From Eledone cirrhosa (lineage: Eukaryota): a stretch of 64,000 nucleotides of DNA. The position numbers and the translations under genes are program-made. The notes beneath the pieces were generated by a model that saw only the letters and a program-made list of their open reading frames with translations, did not search any database and was not told where the DNA came from. The DNA lies in contig OZ024759.1 in the NCBI GenBank assembly GCA_964016885.1, positions 3,968,001 through 4,032,000 on the forward strand, written 5' to 3'. Shown here one piece after another: positions 36,614 through 49,582 of this stretch; the stretch's first letter is position 1; each line of letters opens with the position of its first letter.

Positions 36614-37460
36614 GCAGGGCTAGAAGGACAGTAGTAATAATGGCAGAATTCGTTGGGGCTGGTAAGGGCTAGAAGGACAGTAGTAGTAATGGCAGAGTTT
36701 GTTGGGGCTTGTAAGGGTTAGAAGGACAGTAGTAGTAATGGCAGAGTTTGTTGGGGCTGGTAAGGGCTAGAAGGACAGTTGTAGTAATGGCAGAGTTTGT
36801 TGGGGCTTGTAAGGGTTAGAAGGACAGTTGTAGTAATGACAGAGTTTATTGGGGCTGGTAAGGGGTAGAAGGACAGTAGTAGTAATGGCAGTGTTTGTTG
36901 GGGCTTGTAAGGGTTAGAAGGACAGTTGTAGTAATGGCAGAGTTTGTTGGGGCTGGTAAGGAGTAGAAGGACAGTAGTAGTAATGACAGATTTTGTTGGG
37001 GCTGGTAAGGGCTAGAAGGACAGTAGTAGTAATGGCAGTGTTTGTTGGGGCTGGTAAGGGCTAGAAGGACAGTAGTAGTAATGACAGAGTTTGTTGGGGC
37101 TGGTAAGGGCTAGAAGGACAGTAGTAGTAATGACAGAGTTTGTTGGGGCTGGTAAGGGCTAGAAGGACAGTAGTAGTAATGACAGAGTTTGTTGGGGCTG
37201 GTAAGGGCTAGAAGGACAGTAGTAGTAATGGCAGAGTTTGTTGGGGCTGGTAACGGCTAGAAGCACAGTAGTAGTAATGACAGAGTTTGTTGGGGGCTGG
37301 TAACGGCTAGAAGGACAGTAGTAGTAATGGCAGAGTTTGTTGGGGCTGGTAACGGCTAGAAGGACAGTAGTAGTAATGGCAGAGTTTGTTGGGGCTGGTA
37401 ACGGCTAGAAGGACAGTAGTAGTAATGGCAGAGTTTGTTGGGGCTGGTAATGGGTAAGGA
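36614..37460. repeat. 49-bp minisatellite (~17 units)
   Basis: Unit GGGCTAGAAGGACAGTAGTAGTAATGGCAGAGTTTGTTGGGGCTGGTAA. Confidence 0.95.
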
Positions 37461-38289
37461 CATGTTGCTGTGGTTTGATTGGTCAAATAGCCAATGGTGG
37501 TGAGTGGGAAATTGTGAGATAGGTAGCCATCATGACATATATCATCACAGGAGATTCGGGGGAAATAAGCAGATATAAGTAGGCCTATTAGAAAAGGCAG
37601 ATATGCAAGAATTTCGAAGATTGTCACCTAGCTTTGAGAGAAAGGAGAGGTAATTGCAGGGGTTAGGGATGAATTTGTAGAGAAAGACACAATGTCCAAC
37701 ATGGTTTATATCAAAAACAAGGTTGAAGTATATACATTGTGGAAACAAGTGAATGATAATAATAATAATAATGTAAACAGAACATTTTGAAATTGGGGAA
37801 GAGAGATAGCTGTAGAATAGAAATAATCTATGGAAGTCTGGGATATAAGTTATATATATATGTTGTGATGTCACTGGTGCCAAGCTGTATCACAGCCATT
37901 GCCTTTCCCTTGGACAACATATATAGCGTATTATATATATTGTACACAGTGTATATATAATATATATATTGTGTATATATACTGTAGACAGTGTATATAT
38001 GATATATATATAGTATATATATATGTAGTGATGTAACTGGTACCAAGCTGTATCAGCTATTACCTTTCCCTTGGACAACATCGGTGGCGTGGAGAGGGTA
38101 GACTGGTATACTTGGGTGACTGCTGGTCTTCCTCAAACAACTGGACTTGTGCCTCAGAAGGGAACTTTCTAGTTGCAAATCACATGGTCATTCTTGACCG
38201 ACAGAGGTCTTCGATATGTTAGGTGTGTATATATAGATGTGTATTGATGTCCATGTGGGAGTCATTGATACCAATGCTAGGGATGGCTG

Positions 38290-39515
38290 GTCTTCTATAT
38301 TACTGTATAACACCAAAGATCTCGATCCTGTGTCATTGTCTTTGAGAAGTGCAATTGTGTGAGGTCAGCTGTTATCACCTCATCCCAGGTCTTCCTACTC
38401 CATAGCTTCCATCAATTGTGTGAAGTCAGCTGTTATCACCTCATCCCAGGTCTTCCTACTTCATAGCTTCCATCAATTGTGTGAGGTCAGCTGTTATCAC
38501 CTCATCCCAGGTCTTCCTACTCCATAGCTTCCATCAATTGTGTGAGGTCAGCTTTTATCACCTCATCCCAGGTCTTCCTACTTCATTGCTTCCATCAGTT
38601 GTGTGAGGTCAGCTGTTATCACCTCATCCCAGATATTCCTACTTCATAGCTTCCATCAATTGTGTGAGGTCAGCTGTTATCACCTCATCCCAGGTCTTCC
38701 TACTTCATATCTTCCATCAATCGTGTGAGGTCAGCTTTTATCACCTCATCCCAGGTCTTCCTACTCCATATCTTCCATCAATTGTGTGAGGTCAGCTTTT
38801 ATCACCTCATCCCAGGTCTTCCTACTCTATAGCTTCCATCAATTGTGTGAGGTCAGCTGTTATCACCTCATCCCAGGTCTTCCTACTCTATAGCTTCCAT
38901 CAATTGTGTCAGGTCAGCTGTTATCACCTCATCCCAGGTCTTCCTACTCTATAGCTTCCATCAATTGTGTGAGGTCAGCTGTTATCACCTCATCCCAGGT
39001 CTTCCTACTCTATAGCTTCCATCAATCGTGTGAGGTCAGCTGTTATCACCTCATCCCAGGTCTTCCTACTCCATAGCTTCCATCAATTGTGTGAGGTCAG
39101 CTGTTATCACCTCATCCCAGGTCTTCATACTTCATAGCTTCCATCAATTGTGTCAGGTCAGCTTTTATCACCTCATCCCAGGTCTTCCTACTCTATAGCT
39201 TCCATCAATTGTGTGAGGTCAGCTATTATCACCTCATCCTAGGTCTTCCTACTTCATAGCTTCCATAAATTGTGTCAGGTCAGCTGTTATCACCTCATCC
39301 CAGGTCTTCCTACTCTATAGCTTCCATCAATTGTGTCAGGTCAGCTTTTATCACCTCATCCCAGGTCTTCCTACTTCATAGCTTCCATCAATTGTGTCAG
39401 GTCAGCTGTTATCATCTCATCCCAGGTCTTCCTACTCTATAGCTTCCATCAATTGTGTCAGGTCAGCTTTTATCACCTCATCCCAGGTCTTCCTACTTCA
39501 TAGCTTCCATCAATT
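38290..39515 (-). repeat. 61-bp minisatellite (~19 units) derived from the RTE C-terminus
   Basis: The unit reads DGSYGVGR/WDEVITADLTQL on the minus strand and is continuous with the RTE 3' sequence at 38290-38352. Confidence 0.9.
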
Positions 39516-39613
39516 TTATAAAATGCTTGAAAACAACTTAGAAAAAATGTTAATCAAAATCCAAATTTAATCCCAAAGAGAGGAAATTGGAACATTATCC
39601 ACTGAAAGTTGCT

Positions 39614-40078
39614 TAACCCTTTAGTGTACAAACCAGCCCAAACTGGCCAGAATTCTCTACCTCTTTCCGTTGAAACTGACTGTAACTGGTCGCTCAGACT
39701 GATGTTAAAGTATTGTTCTCAAAATAAATACTTTCAAAATCTGATAGATTCAATATTATGTGAGATAAAGCCTTTACCATGAAAATATAATAGTATATAT
39801 ACTTTAACATTTAAAACCCTTTAACATTTAAACCGGCAATAACTGGCCAGAGTTCTGTCCTCTTTTTCTTTTTAAACCACCCGTAACTGGCCACTCATAC
39901 TGATGTTAAAGTATTGTTCTCAATATAAATAATATCAGATTTGATATTATGTGAGGTAAAGACTTTACCATGGAAATATAATAGTATATATAGAGTAATG
40001 TAAATGTTATGTGAGATAAAGACATTACCATGGAAATATAATAGTATATATAGAGTAATGTAAATGTTAAAGGGTTAA
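39614..40078. mobile_element. Two tandem piggyBac-type MITE copies
   Basis: TTAACCCTTTAG start, AAAGGGTTAA end; internal sequence matches 19456-19676. Confidence 0.75.
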
Positions 40079-41674
40079 ACCCTGAAGAAAGGACTTTTAG
40101 GTCCCGAAATATTGGACAGATAAAAGAACAACAACAAAAAAACAAAACAAAGATTACCAGGTAACTTTTACTTTTCCTTACCTCATCTTATAGTCCATTT
40201 TGCATTGTTTAGCCTTCTATCTCTTTCAACGTTATATTTTATATAGAATGCTTCAAACAAACTACAACATTTAATTATATATCATCATCATCATCTTCAA
40301 TTAACGTCCATCTTCCACACTAGCATGGGTTAGACGGGTCCCATTTAGAGGCAAGTGTGGGCTGGATGCTTTTTTGCTGTCTTCTACACGTCCAGTGTGG
40401 GTGAGATATATATATATATGTATGTATATATCATCACCATTTAGCGTCCATTTTTCCATTCTTGCATGGGTTAGACGGGTCATCCATGCCAGGAGGCAAG
40501 TCTGGCCAGGGTTGGCCATGTGTCGCACCTTGCTCAGGTGAGGTCTGTAAATTTAGTGGGGTATTTTACAGCTGGATTCCCTTCCTAACATCAACCATGT
40601 TTACAGTGTGGAACTGGATGGTTCTGTTATGAGGAGGGACAGGCCAGTTGGTAACTGCAGTGAACTCATCTCACAGTGGAACTATAATTTTGGGGGCCTG
40701 GTACTGGGTGGCACCACTGTGAGGAGGGGTAGCCAGTCAGCTGCTCCAAACTCATCTCACGAGGTTACCACAGTTTTGGGGCCCTGTACTAGATGATCCC
40801 GCTATAGTGATGGTGTAGCTAGTTTATATGAATAAGTAAATCTGACGCAGGTATATTTCTACAGTTTACCAATGTACCGTACTTACTGGCGCCAATGACC
40901 AATTTTTGAAAAAAAAATAATAATCAACCTTCGGCCTCCAGGACATATGGTAGATATTTTGGACTTATATTAGGGAAAAAGTAATGTCTTTGATGCTAGG
41001 AAATATGGTGAAAATGTAAAATTTCCACTGTTAAATCTATCCCTGCATTTTAAGTATTCTCTATTATCTCATACTGTTACTTTCTTATAAGTCCTATAAG
41101 AATGCATTTTTTGCTAAACTGCCATAGAGCAGACCTCTGAAATGATAGAAGGATATAATTTATAGAGCATGCTGGAATACCACTGCTTACATTGGAGAGA
41201 ATTTCTCTGGACAGAATGTTGATATCTACAGTTTACCAATATAGAAATATAACATTTCCACTGTTAAATCTATCTCTGCTTCTAAAGTATTCTCTATTAT
41301 CTCATACTGTTTCTTTCTTATTTCAGAATATCAGATGACATTGGGATAAATTATTATTTTCAATCTTGGATACATCATCTCTATTTATCATCATTTGAAG
41401 ACTAAAACCTTCTAAACAGAACTTATATAACACTGTTTATATAAATCTATAGTTCAATTACTGTGAAATATTTCCTCAAAACTGAGTTTATTTTCTTCAC
41501 TATAAGATGGTTTTGTATTTTAACTAAACTTGGATGAAACAGAAGTTTGTATTATCTTCAGATATTAACTGAAATCACAGTTGAGGGAAATATAGAAGAA
41601 TATTTTATAAGAAATATAATATAAAAAATATTACAAGAAAAACATCTGTATATTCTGTTGAAGAAGAAATCATT

Positions 41675-42395
41675 ATGCCAAATAAATTGACAAAGAAGAT
41701 TAAATGTGAAACACAATCTAAAGTGTTTAGTATTGCTGGTGAGATGACAAAGGTTAGAGAAGAGAAGCCATATCACTGTGATATCTGTGATAAATCATTC
41801 TCTCAAAGTGGTACCTTAACTACTCACAAACGTATACATACAGGAGACAAGCCATATCACTGTGATATCTGTGGTATATCATTCTCTGGGAAAAGTAGCC
41901 TAACTACTCACAAATGTATACATGCAGAAGAGAAATCATAATGCATTGACATCAGTGATAAATCCTTCTCTCAAATTTGTGAATTAATGAGAATACAAAT
42001 ACATATCATTGTAACATCTTAGGGAAATCCTTCTCTTTGAATGTTACATTAACTACACACACACATATACATACAGCTGGGAAGCCATATCACTTTGATA
42101 TATTTGGTACATCATTCTCTAAATGTTGTGGCTTCACTAGACACCAACATCTACAGGAGAGGAACCATATCACTGTGATGTCTGTGATAAATCCTTCTCT
42201 AAATGTTGTGGTTTCACTAGACACCAACATATACATACAGGAGAGGAACCATATCACTGTGATGTCTGTGATAAATCCTTCTCTAAATGTTGTGGTTTAA
42301 TTAGACACTAACATATACAGGAGAGGAACTATATCACTGTGATGTCTGTGGTACATCTTTCTCTTATAAAGATTACTTAATGCAACACAATTAGA
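41675..42395 (+). pseudogene. C2H2 zinc-finger gene, decayed (two intact fingers, then a stop and frameshifted fingers)
   Basis: [42 protein letters not shown]...H; TAA at 41939; about 5 further broken fingers; acceptor TTTCTTATTTCAG at ~41328. Confidence 0.85.
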
Positions 42396-42489
42396 TAAAA
42401 ACCATGTCACTCACCTAAAATAGTGCCATCAATGTTGTTAATATTTTGAATAAACCTGTTTTACTAAGAAATTCTCCTTTCATTTTATG

Positions 42490-43760
42490 TCTGTACAAAC
42501 ACAGTCTTCTCTCTTACACACCACTTCAGCTCACTCTTAAACCCAGCTTCTTCTTCAACTTGTCCAAGCTCTCCCTTTCTCTCACACTTACACAACATAT
42601 CCTACAAAGCATGGTTGTTTCATATCTCTCCAGTCTACATAACCTCTGCAGTCACAGCCCTTATTTCGTTACCATGCATCATTGCATATCACCCACATGT
42701 GTCATACAGTTGTCCTTTTGTACAGAGAGAGAGAAACCTTTTGTGGTCAACTGTTGCAGTAGCTCTCTAAACTTTTTCCATCCTATCCTTATTCTAGCTA
42801 TACATCTTTCAGAGCAGCCCCCTCCACTTCTAATTAACTCACCTAGATTGCAAAATATATTTGTCAGCATACTTTATGAAGGGTCTGTTTGGAAGTGCCT
42901 CGCCTAATAAACAATGGTGCCATAACTGGACTCAGAAACCAATGGTCACACATACATGGTAAGTTAGCTAAGAACGTAGGTTTTACATTGGTTCACTGCG
43001 CTGGAGAAGTAAGCAGCAATCACGTTTAGGAGACAAGCTCTATCAAATATTTAAAGGGTTCCATAGAAGCAGTTGACAGTTTCTGTTACCTGGGGTATCA
43101 AATAAGCAGTGGAGGTAGGTGTTCTGAAAGTACAGTAACAAGAGTAAGAACAAGATGGCAGAGGTTTAGGGTGTTACTACTGCTGCTAGCTACAAAAGGT
43201 TGTTTCACCAAATTGATGTGTGCATATAAAGAGCAATGCTGCATTGCAGTGAGGACCCCAGAAGATTGGATAGAAATGAAGCTTGAATTCTCCGATGGAT
43301 GTGTAATATTAATATACATGAAGGGGAAAGTGTAAATAAACTGAGAGAGAACCTGGGCATGAGAGGGAAAAGATACAGTATGCAGGAGAGGAGATTGCTG
43401 TGGTATGGACATGTGATGTGTATGAAGGTAGAGATGCTGTATAAAAGGTTGACCACTTGAAATTGATGGAAGAGGAAGACCTAGGAATGCTTGGGATGTG
43501 GAGGTAAAAACTGACCTGACACCATTGTACCTCTCAAAGGTGATGACACAGGATTGAAATCTCTGGCATTATACAGTACTGCAGGAGACCTGCATTCCCA
43601 TGTGCACGGGTTGACACAACATTTAGTGGTTTGAAGTATGCTCCAATTTTCCTCCCTTTCACATCTTAACACTCCACCCCCTTACCAGCTAAGTACACCA
43701 CCCTGACCTACCTCTCCAATCCCCACTCTACATACACACAACCCCACCCCCACTTTCACA
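42490..43760. mobile_element. Two old RTE fragments, back to back (42490-42860 minus; 42880-43760 plus)
   Basis: GGGCSE..ARIRIGWKKFREL and RRLLWYGHV remnants. Confidence 0.75.
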
Positions 43761-45147
43761 TCTGATACACCTCTCTTGACCAACCCATGTATACAAGTAA
43801 GGAAAGCTTAACATTATCTCCTCCAATGCTGCTGAAATGGCTAAAAGCCCTCAGGCAACCCTGTAAGGTGGTCATGCAGGTGTCATGACAAAAGAACACT
43901 GAGTCCTCTCTGTTAGGTAACATGACAAAAGAACACCTAACCCTCCCTGCAAGGTAGTCATGCTGATGACATGACAAATAAGCACCCAGTCCACCCTGTG
44001 AGGTAGACATGACAGAAGGCCCCCTAGCCCACTCTGTAAAGTAGTCATGCTAGTGGCAAGACTGAAGGGACCCGAAGCACCCTTCAAAGTGATCAAATTG
44101 GTGACATGACTTGACACCATTTTTTAGTTTACTTCTAAAATATCTCATTTTTATTTTACTTCTAAACTATCTCATATATTTAAAAATTACTTATTTTAAA
44201 AAATTATTATTTATTTCTTAAAAAAATTACTTTTTAAAGATTATTTAAAATTTTTTAATATTTTTAAATATTTTTTTAATATTTTAAAACATTTTAAGTA
44301 TTTTATTTTGTTAAAAGGGTTTTTTGAGTATCTTCTGAGATTAAAAAAAAATTTTTTTTTAAATTTTTCCAGAAATTTTTTCCAGAACTTTTAATATTTT
44401 AATATTTTTAATATTTTTTAATTATTTAATATTAGAGTTATAACCAATAACTAATTCTGGCTATATATATCTTTCAACATTTATATCTTCGTCAAAATGG
44501 TCTCATACTAACTAATAAATAAACAAAGCTGGGTTTTTCAGTATCTTCCTAATTTAAAACATTAAAAACATATAAATAATCTTATTAACTCAGTTAATTT
44601 AATTACTTACACTAAATATAAACCAGTATCCCTCATAACTTATTAAAACAATTATCTATAACATGATATAGCCATTTATCCACTCATATATCTATTCTTC
44701 TATCTATTGATTCTCCTATTTTCTACTTTATATCTATTTATTTTCAATTTATTATTCAATGTCTTTATATATATTTATTTTTTCTATATATCTATTTTTC
44801 TATATACTTATAATAGTAAATATTATATTGTATTATATTAGAATTCTAACAATAATTAGTAAATATACGTAACATTAATATAAACGTAATACTTATTTAC
44901 GTTACATGAGTTCATCCTCTATAAATGTCTTTCTTCTCTCTATCTCTCTATCTATCTCATAACAGTAATTTTTTTCTCTCTCTTTCTTCTCTTTCTTCCC
45001 TATCTTTCCCCAGCGTAATTTAAATAAACGGTTGTTTTTTCAATTTTTCATACATTCATTTGCATATTCACACATAACTTTGAATTACCCCTAATAAGTT
45101 TCCCTTATCCAGCGAATTTCCGACCGTTATTTATAAAACAAATTTTG

Positions 45148-45212
45148 TATTTTATCTGATGAAAGAGCACCAAGATTGACTTGGTCGCCCTTGAAATATA
45201 TATAATAAAATA
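45148..45212 (+). ncRNA. Minimal type I hammerhead ribozyme motif
   Basis: TATTTTAT-CTGATGA-aagagcaccaag attga cttggtcgccctt-GAAA-TATATA-TA-ATAAAATA; 8-bp stem I. Confidence 0.7.
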
Positions 45213-46355
45213 AATATGCAAAAGTTCTATTTAAATTGTTGGGATACAACAAGCAAATATGTTTATAACTGATATAAAGCACTCAACAAGTATTTGGAAT
45301 AAACATACGATATTAACAATCCTTTTGTATTTTATGTACTCAATTATATTATGTACTATATTGATTTATACTTCTCTCTATATGTGAGTATATATGTATA
45401 TGTGTATATTGACATACATGTACATGCGTTCTATGCATTTTTATGAATATATTGACATACATGTACATGCGTTCTATGCATTTTTATGAATATATGTCTG
45501 TCTGTATGTATGCATGCGTGACGCGAATCTACCAATTGGCCGAGGATGCACACACATGTATATATATGTATATGTAAGAATTGTGTGTGTACATGTACAT
45601 GTATACCCATACAATTTGATTGCAGATAGACATTACTAACAGCCATAAATGCATACCAGCTAATCTTATATATTTATATATATATATTAAAAACATTTTT
45701 TATAAAAAATATTTTATTTAATGACACAAAGGATGGATAACATTAAATTAAAAATTCATTTATGCTTTGTATGTATATATTATATACGTGGTTAGATATG
45801 GTGTGTATTTTGTGAGTGTGTGTGTATATATATATATTTATGTGTATTTTTGCGTGTGTGTACGTGTTATATGATATGTAGTTCTCTAGCAATATATAGA
45901 TTTCTTAATGTTTAGATTCCAAGTTTTAATATATTGATCTCAATTTTTAAACTAAATATCTAATCATAGTTAAACAATGATTAATTTCTCATATTATGTA
46001 TGTATATTCCATTCATGATTATTAATATTTCTAATTTTATTTATTCATTTCATCTCAATTGTTAAGTTAACTTAATATGACATGACTTAATGTGTTCATT
46101 CTTTCCCCCTCTCTCTATCTCTATATTTTTGTCTCTGTCTGGTGTTTTGATATATCTCTCTCGTTTTTCTCTCCTTTTTCTTTCTTTCTTTCTCCCTTTT
46201 CTCTCTCTCCGTCCTTTTCCTTATCTGTAACACAACGACTTATTTTAAAAATACTAATATAAGTAAACAACTCCACTATCCCTGAGTCTTCCAAAAGTAA
46301 CGGTTGCATTTTGTAAGGGTATGTCAATATTTATTTATAAAACTGTTATATATTG

Positions 46356-46420
46356 TATTTTGTCTGATGAAAGCATACCATAATTTAACATGGTATCCTC
46401 GAAATATGTATAATAAAATA
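46356..46420 (+). ncRNA. Minimal type I hammerhead ribozyme motif (same family as 45148)
   Basis: TATTTTGT-CTGATGA-aagcataccat...atggtatcctc-GAAA-TATGTA-TA-ATAAAATA. Confidence 0.68.
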
Positions 46421-46489
46421 GATATGGTTTTATAAATATAGTTTCCATTTGTTAATATCGTATAATAAAATAAATATAGTTTTATAAAT

Positions 46490-46800
46490 CATCATCACCG
46501 TTTTACGTCCGTTCTTCCATGCTAGCATGGGTTAGACGGGTTGTCCTGTTGTGGGCAGTGTCTGGTCGGCTGACCATGCCTTGCTCATACAGAAACTGAT
46601 TTTGGCTTTTCTACAGCCGGATGCCCTTCCTAACACCAACCTCATTTACAGTGAGTGTTGCGTGCTTTTTTCCGTGGCGCCCACACGTCCACTTTACAGT
46701 GTGGGCTGGGTGCTTTTTCTGTGTGGCACCTCCACGACCACTTTGCAGTGGGAGGGTGTGGGGGCATATTGTCTATATGCTTCATCTTGAACCCATGGAA
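46490..46800 (-). mobile_element. RTE 3' UTR / related SINE tail
   Basis: Matches 34910-35170 and 50-330. Confidence 0.75.
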
Positions 46801-48020
46801 GGTCGGGTACTCTGTATTACTGCGTGACGCCAGAGGTCACGGTCGTGTGTCATCATCGCCTTTGAGAGGTGTGTGTTTATATATATATATATATATATAT
46901 ATACAAATAAATTATCGAGAATCGGAATCTCGGCCCACGAAATAACGAAACACAATCTTCGAAAAGTGTAGCAAAGTGCTCAATAGTTTGGATAAACCTG
47001 AGCTATAACTAATATTTAAATACCAACACACTGAGATAATGCTTAAAATCATTCGCACAGCCGAAAAAACGACCAAGAAAATTCGGGTCAGACAAATAAT
47101 AAATATATATATATATATTTTTTCTTTTAACATATATGTGTTTATAAAATATATACAGGAACTCCCCAAAAATGTATACACACTTCAACTACAGTCTATG
47201 TAAGTGTGTATATATTTTTGGGGGACACTGTAATATACATATCATTAAACGTATCTCCTACATGTGTATAAATAAATATACATGTATTTTATTAACAATT
47301 TTCTGTAGAATCTGTTAAACATGGAAGAAAATGTGGAGACTAAATAAAATTAACGTGTTGGTCACATTAACTTAATAATATAACTATATATTAATGAAAT
47401 ATGTCGAAATAAAAGTTGTAATTGTGACAAAAATATTGATTCGGTAGTTTATTATGACCAAGATTGAATATTTAATGGAATTAAGTGGAATTTATTAGGA
47501 AATAAGACAATAAAACAGTGAAATGTTGAGGTTAAAAGAGAGAAAAACAAAATGTCCTCTCTTTATAAACTTTAATGTGGTTGAATTAGTAGCGGCTCGG
47601 CTTACTAAACTCAGCTCTCTCAAGGGTTCGAATCTCACGTAGTTTACTATAGTGTCTACAGAGTTATCTCCTACTGCTTTTATATAGTATCACTGTTTAT
47701 TGTAAAGAGGGCGCTACAATCATTTACTAGTGTGACCAATGGTTTGCAGTCTGGCTTACTAACGCCAGGACTAAAGTGTTACATGGTTCCAACCGGGCTG
47801 GTTCCTTAATTTTTAAAAAGAGTTATCACCCATAGTCTTTCAGAGATTCCTCGAAAGGTGGCGTGGCGATCTGCTTTCATGAGGAGTAGTAAGAGACAAT
47901 AATATATGTAAGGAGGAGGAGTGAGAGAGACAAAAACAAAACTGTGTTAATTCTCTCTCCCCCTCGCTTCTTTTACTCTATCTACCTGTTATGTCTTCAT
48001 TTCACTGTTTTATTGTCTTA

Positions 48021-48347
48021 CTAGCAGTGTATCCCGGCGTTGCACGGGTAAGAACATTGGTAATAGCACCTCCAATGAGAAACCTTTATTTGTGAGTGCC
48101 TGTTAAAAACTCACAAACTGGACATGCTCACCGACATCCAGAGTTGACACTGCACTCAGTGCTCCTGTGGGAGACTCTGCATGGACACACTGGAAGAGGA
48201 AGACTGAGGTGAACATATGTTGATGCCCTCAGGACAGACACTGGTCTGTTGGAGGTGCAGGACATGGCAGTGATAATGAGGGACAGAGACCCCTGGAGAG
48301 ACCTCGTCTATGGTTCTTGGGAATTTTACCCGTCCTAGGTAGATAGA
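48021..48347 (-). mobile_element. Non-autonomous Helitron carrying an RTE C-terminal fragment
   Basis: Minus strand ends ...CCCGTGCAACGCCGGG-atacactg-CTAG|T; candidate 5' TC at 48347; 48155-48315 (+) reads LLWETLHGHTGRGR...TYVDALRTDTGL...RDPWRDLV. Confidence 0.6.
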
Positions 48348-48375
48348 TATATTTGTATGTGTATATTTATATATA

Positions 48376-48428
<53 letters not shown>

Positions 48429-48509
48429 ATATGTGTTTGTATATGTATGTATATCTATACAAATATATAAAAGTGAAATTGTGTGTGTGTGTGTGTCCTG
48501 ATTTTTGCA

Positions 48510-48692
48510 CCGCCAAGGAAGCACCAGAGATGTCGCAGCCTCAGGGCGTGTTTGTGCATCATCAGCCGCAGCATGCCAAGCCCTCCACGCAACGGGTGTT
48601 GACAGCAGATGAATAGTCTGACCATGGGAGCATGTCCCTTCCATAGAAAGCGGAAGAGGAGGTGCTCCATTTTTGTCAGAGTTGGGCCGGGG
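48510..48692 (-). mobile_element. L1/Tx1-like ORF2 fragment
   Basis: LLFRFLWKGHAPMVR...CCQHPLRGGLGM...ALRLRHLW resembles the post-RT region of L1/Tx1 elements. Confidence 0.55.
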
Positions 48693-48957
48693 CAATATTT
48701 CCTAATTCCACTTAATTCCATTAAATATTCAATCTTGGTCGAAATAAATATTTTCATCTGTGACGATCTGTACAACCAATAATAGTAGGAGTCACGTTAC
48801 ATGATATGTATATATATATACAGGATGTCCCTAAAATATGTATACACATTTACATAGACTGTAGTTGAAGTGTGTATACATTTTGGGGAGACCCTGTATA
48901 TATTTTATTTATATATATATATGTTAAAAGATGATTGATATATATATCTACACTCAA

Positions 48958-49347
48958 ATAAATTAATAAAATAATGAATAAACGAAGAAACAGTTCTTTA
49001 TATTAAAAAAATTCATCATTTTACGATCGTTTCTAGGATATATATGTGTTAGAGTTGGTATGCATATTCTATAGATCTATGTACAATATTTATAAAAACT
49101 ATCAGAGGGAATATACATACCTACACATATATATGCTGTCTTCAGAAATAATATTATTTCTGAAGACATCATATATATGTGTAGGTATGTATATTCCCTC
49201 TGATAGTTTGTATAAATATTGTACATAGATCTATAGAATATGCATATCACCTCTAACACATATATATCCTAGAAACGATCGTAAAATGATGAATTTTTTT
49301 AATATAAGGAACTGTTTCTTTGTTTATTCATTATTTTATTAATTTAT
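48958..49347. repeat. Spacer-less ~390-bp palindrome formed by two opposed long-stem hammerhead motifs
   Basis: Centre at 49152/49153 (AATATT); mirror ORFs in the ORF track; HHR(+) 49154-49289 TTATTT-CTGAAGA-(105 nt)-GAAA-CGATCG-TA-AAATGA. Confidence 0.9.
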
Positions 49348-49541
49348 CTTGACTCTGTTTTCCGTTTATTTTTCACCGAAAGTAGTTGTTGAATGCATCT
49401 TCTCTTTTCATGATATCTGGATTACATTGAGTTCTTCATACGGATTGGACACTACCGTAAACTTTTGGTAGATTTATCTACATTCTACACTCAAATGTAT
49501 ATTTATATATATATAAATATATATAAATATATTTATATATT

Positions 49542-49582
<41 letters not shown>

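Larger units (their letters stand above)
47120..48932. repeat. Old inverted duplication; each arm includes a ~75-bp Tc1-like MITE; right arm interrupted at 48021-48697
   Basis: 47120-47232 vs 48817-48932, 47456-47502 vs 48698-48740 and 47503-47525 vs 47998-48020 are reverse complements. Confidence 0.75.

Noticed and set aside
36614-39515. Regular arrays resembling CRISPR
   Set aside because: No unique spacers and no cas genes; simple tandem repeats in eukaryotic DNA.
49046-49259. Pair of near-identical 60-aa ORFs on opposite strands
   Set aside because: Mirror artefact of the palindrome.
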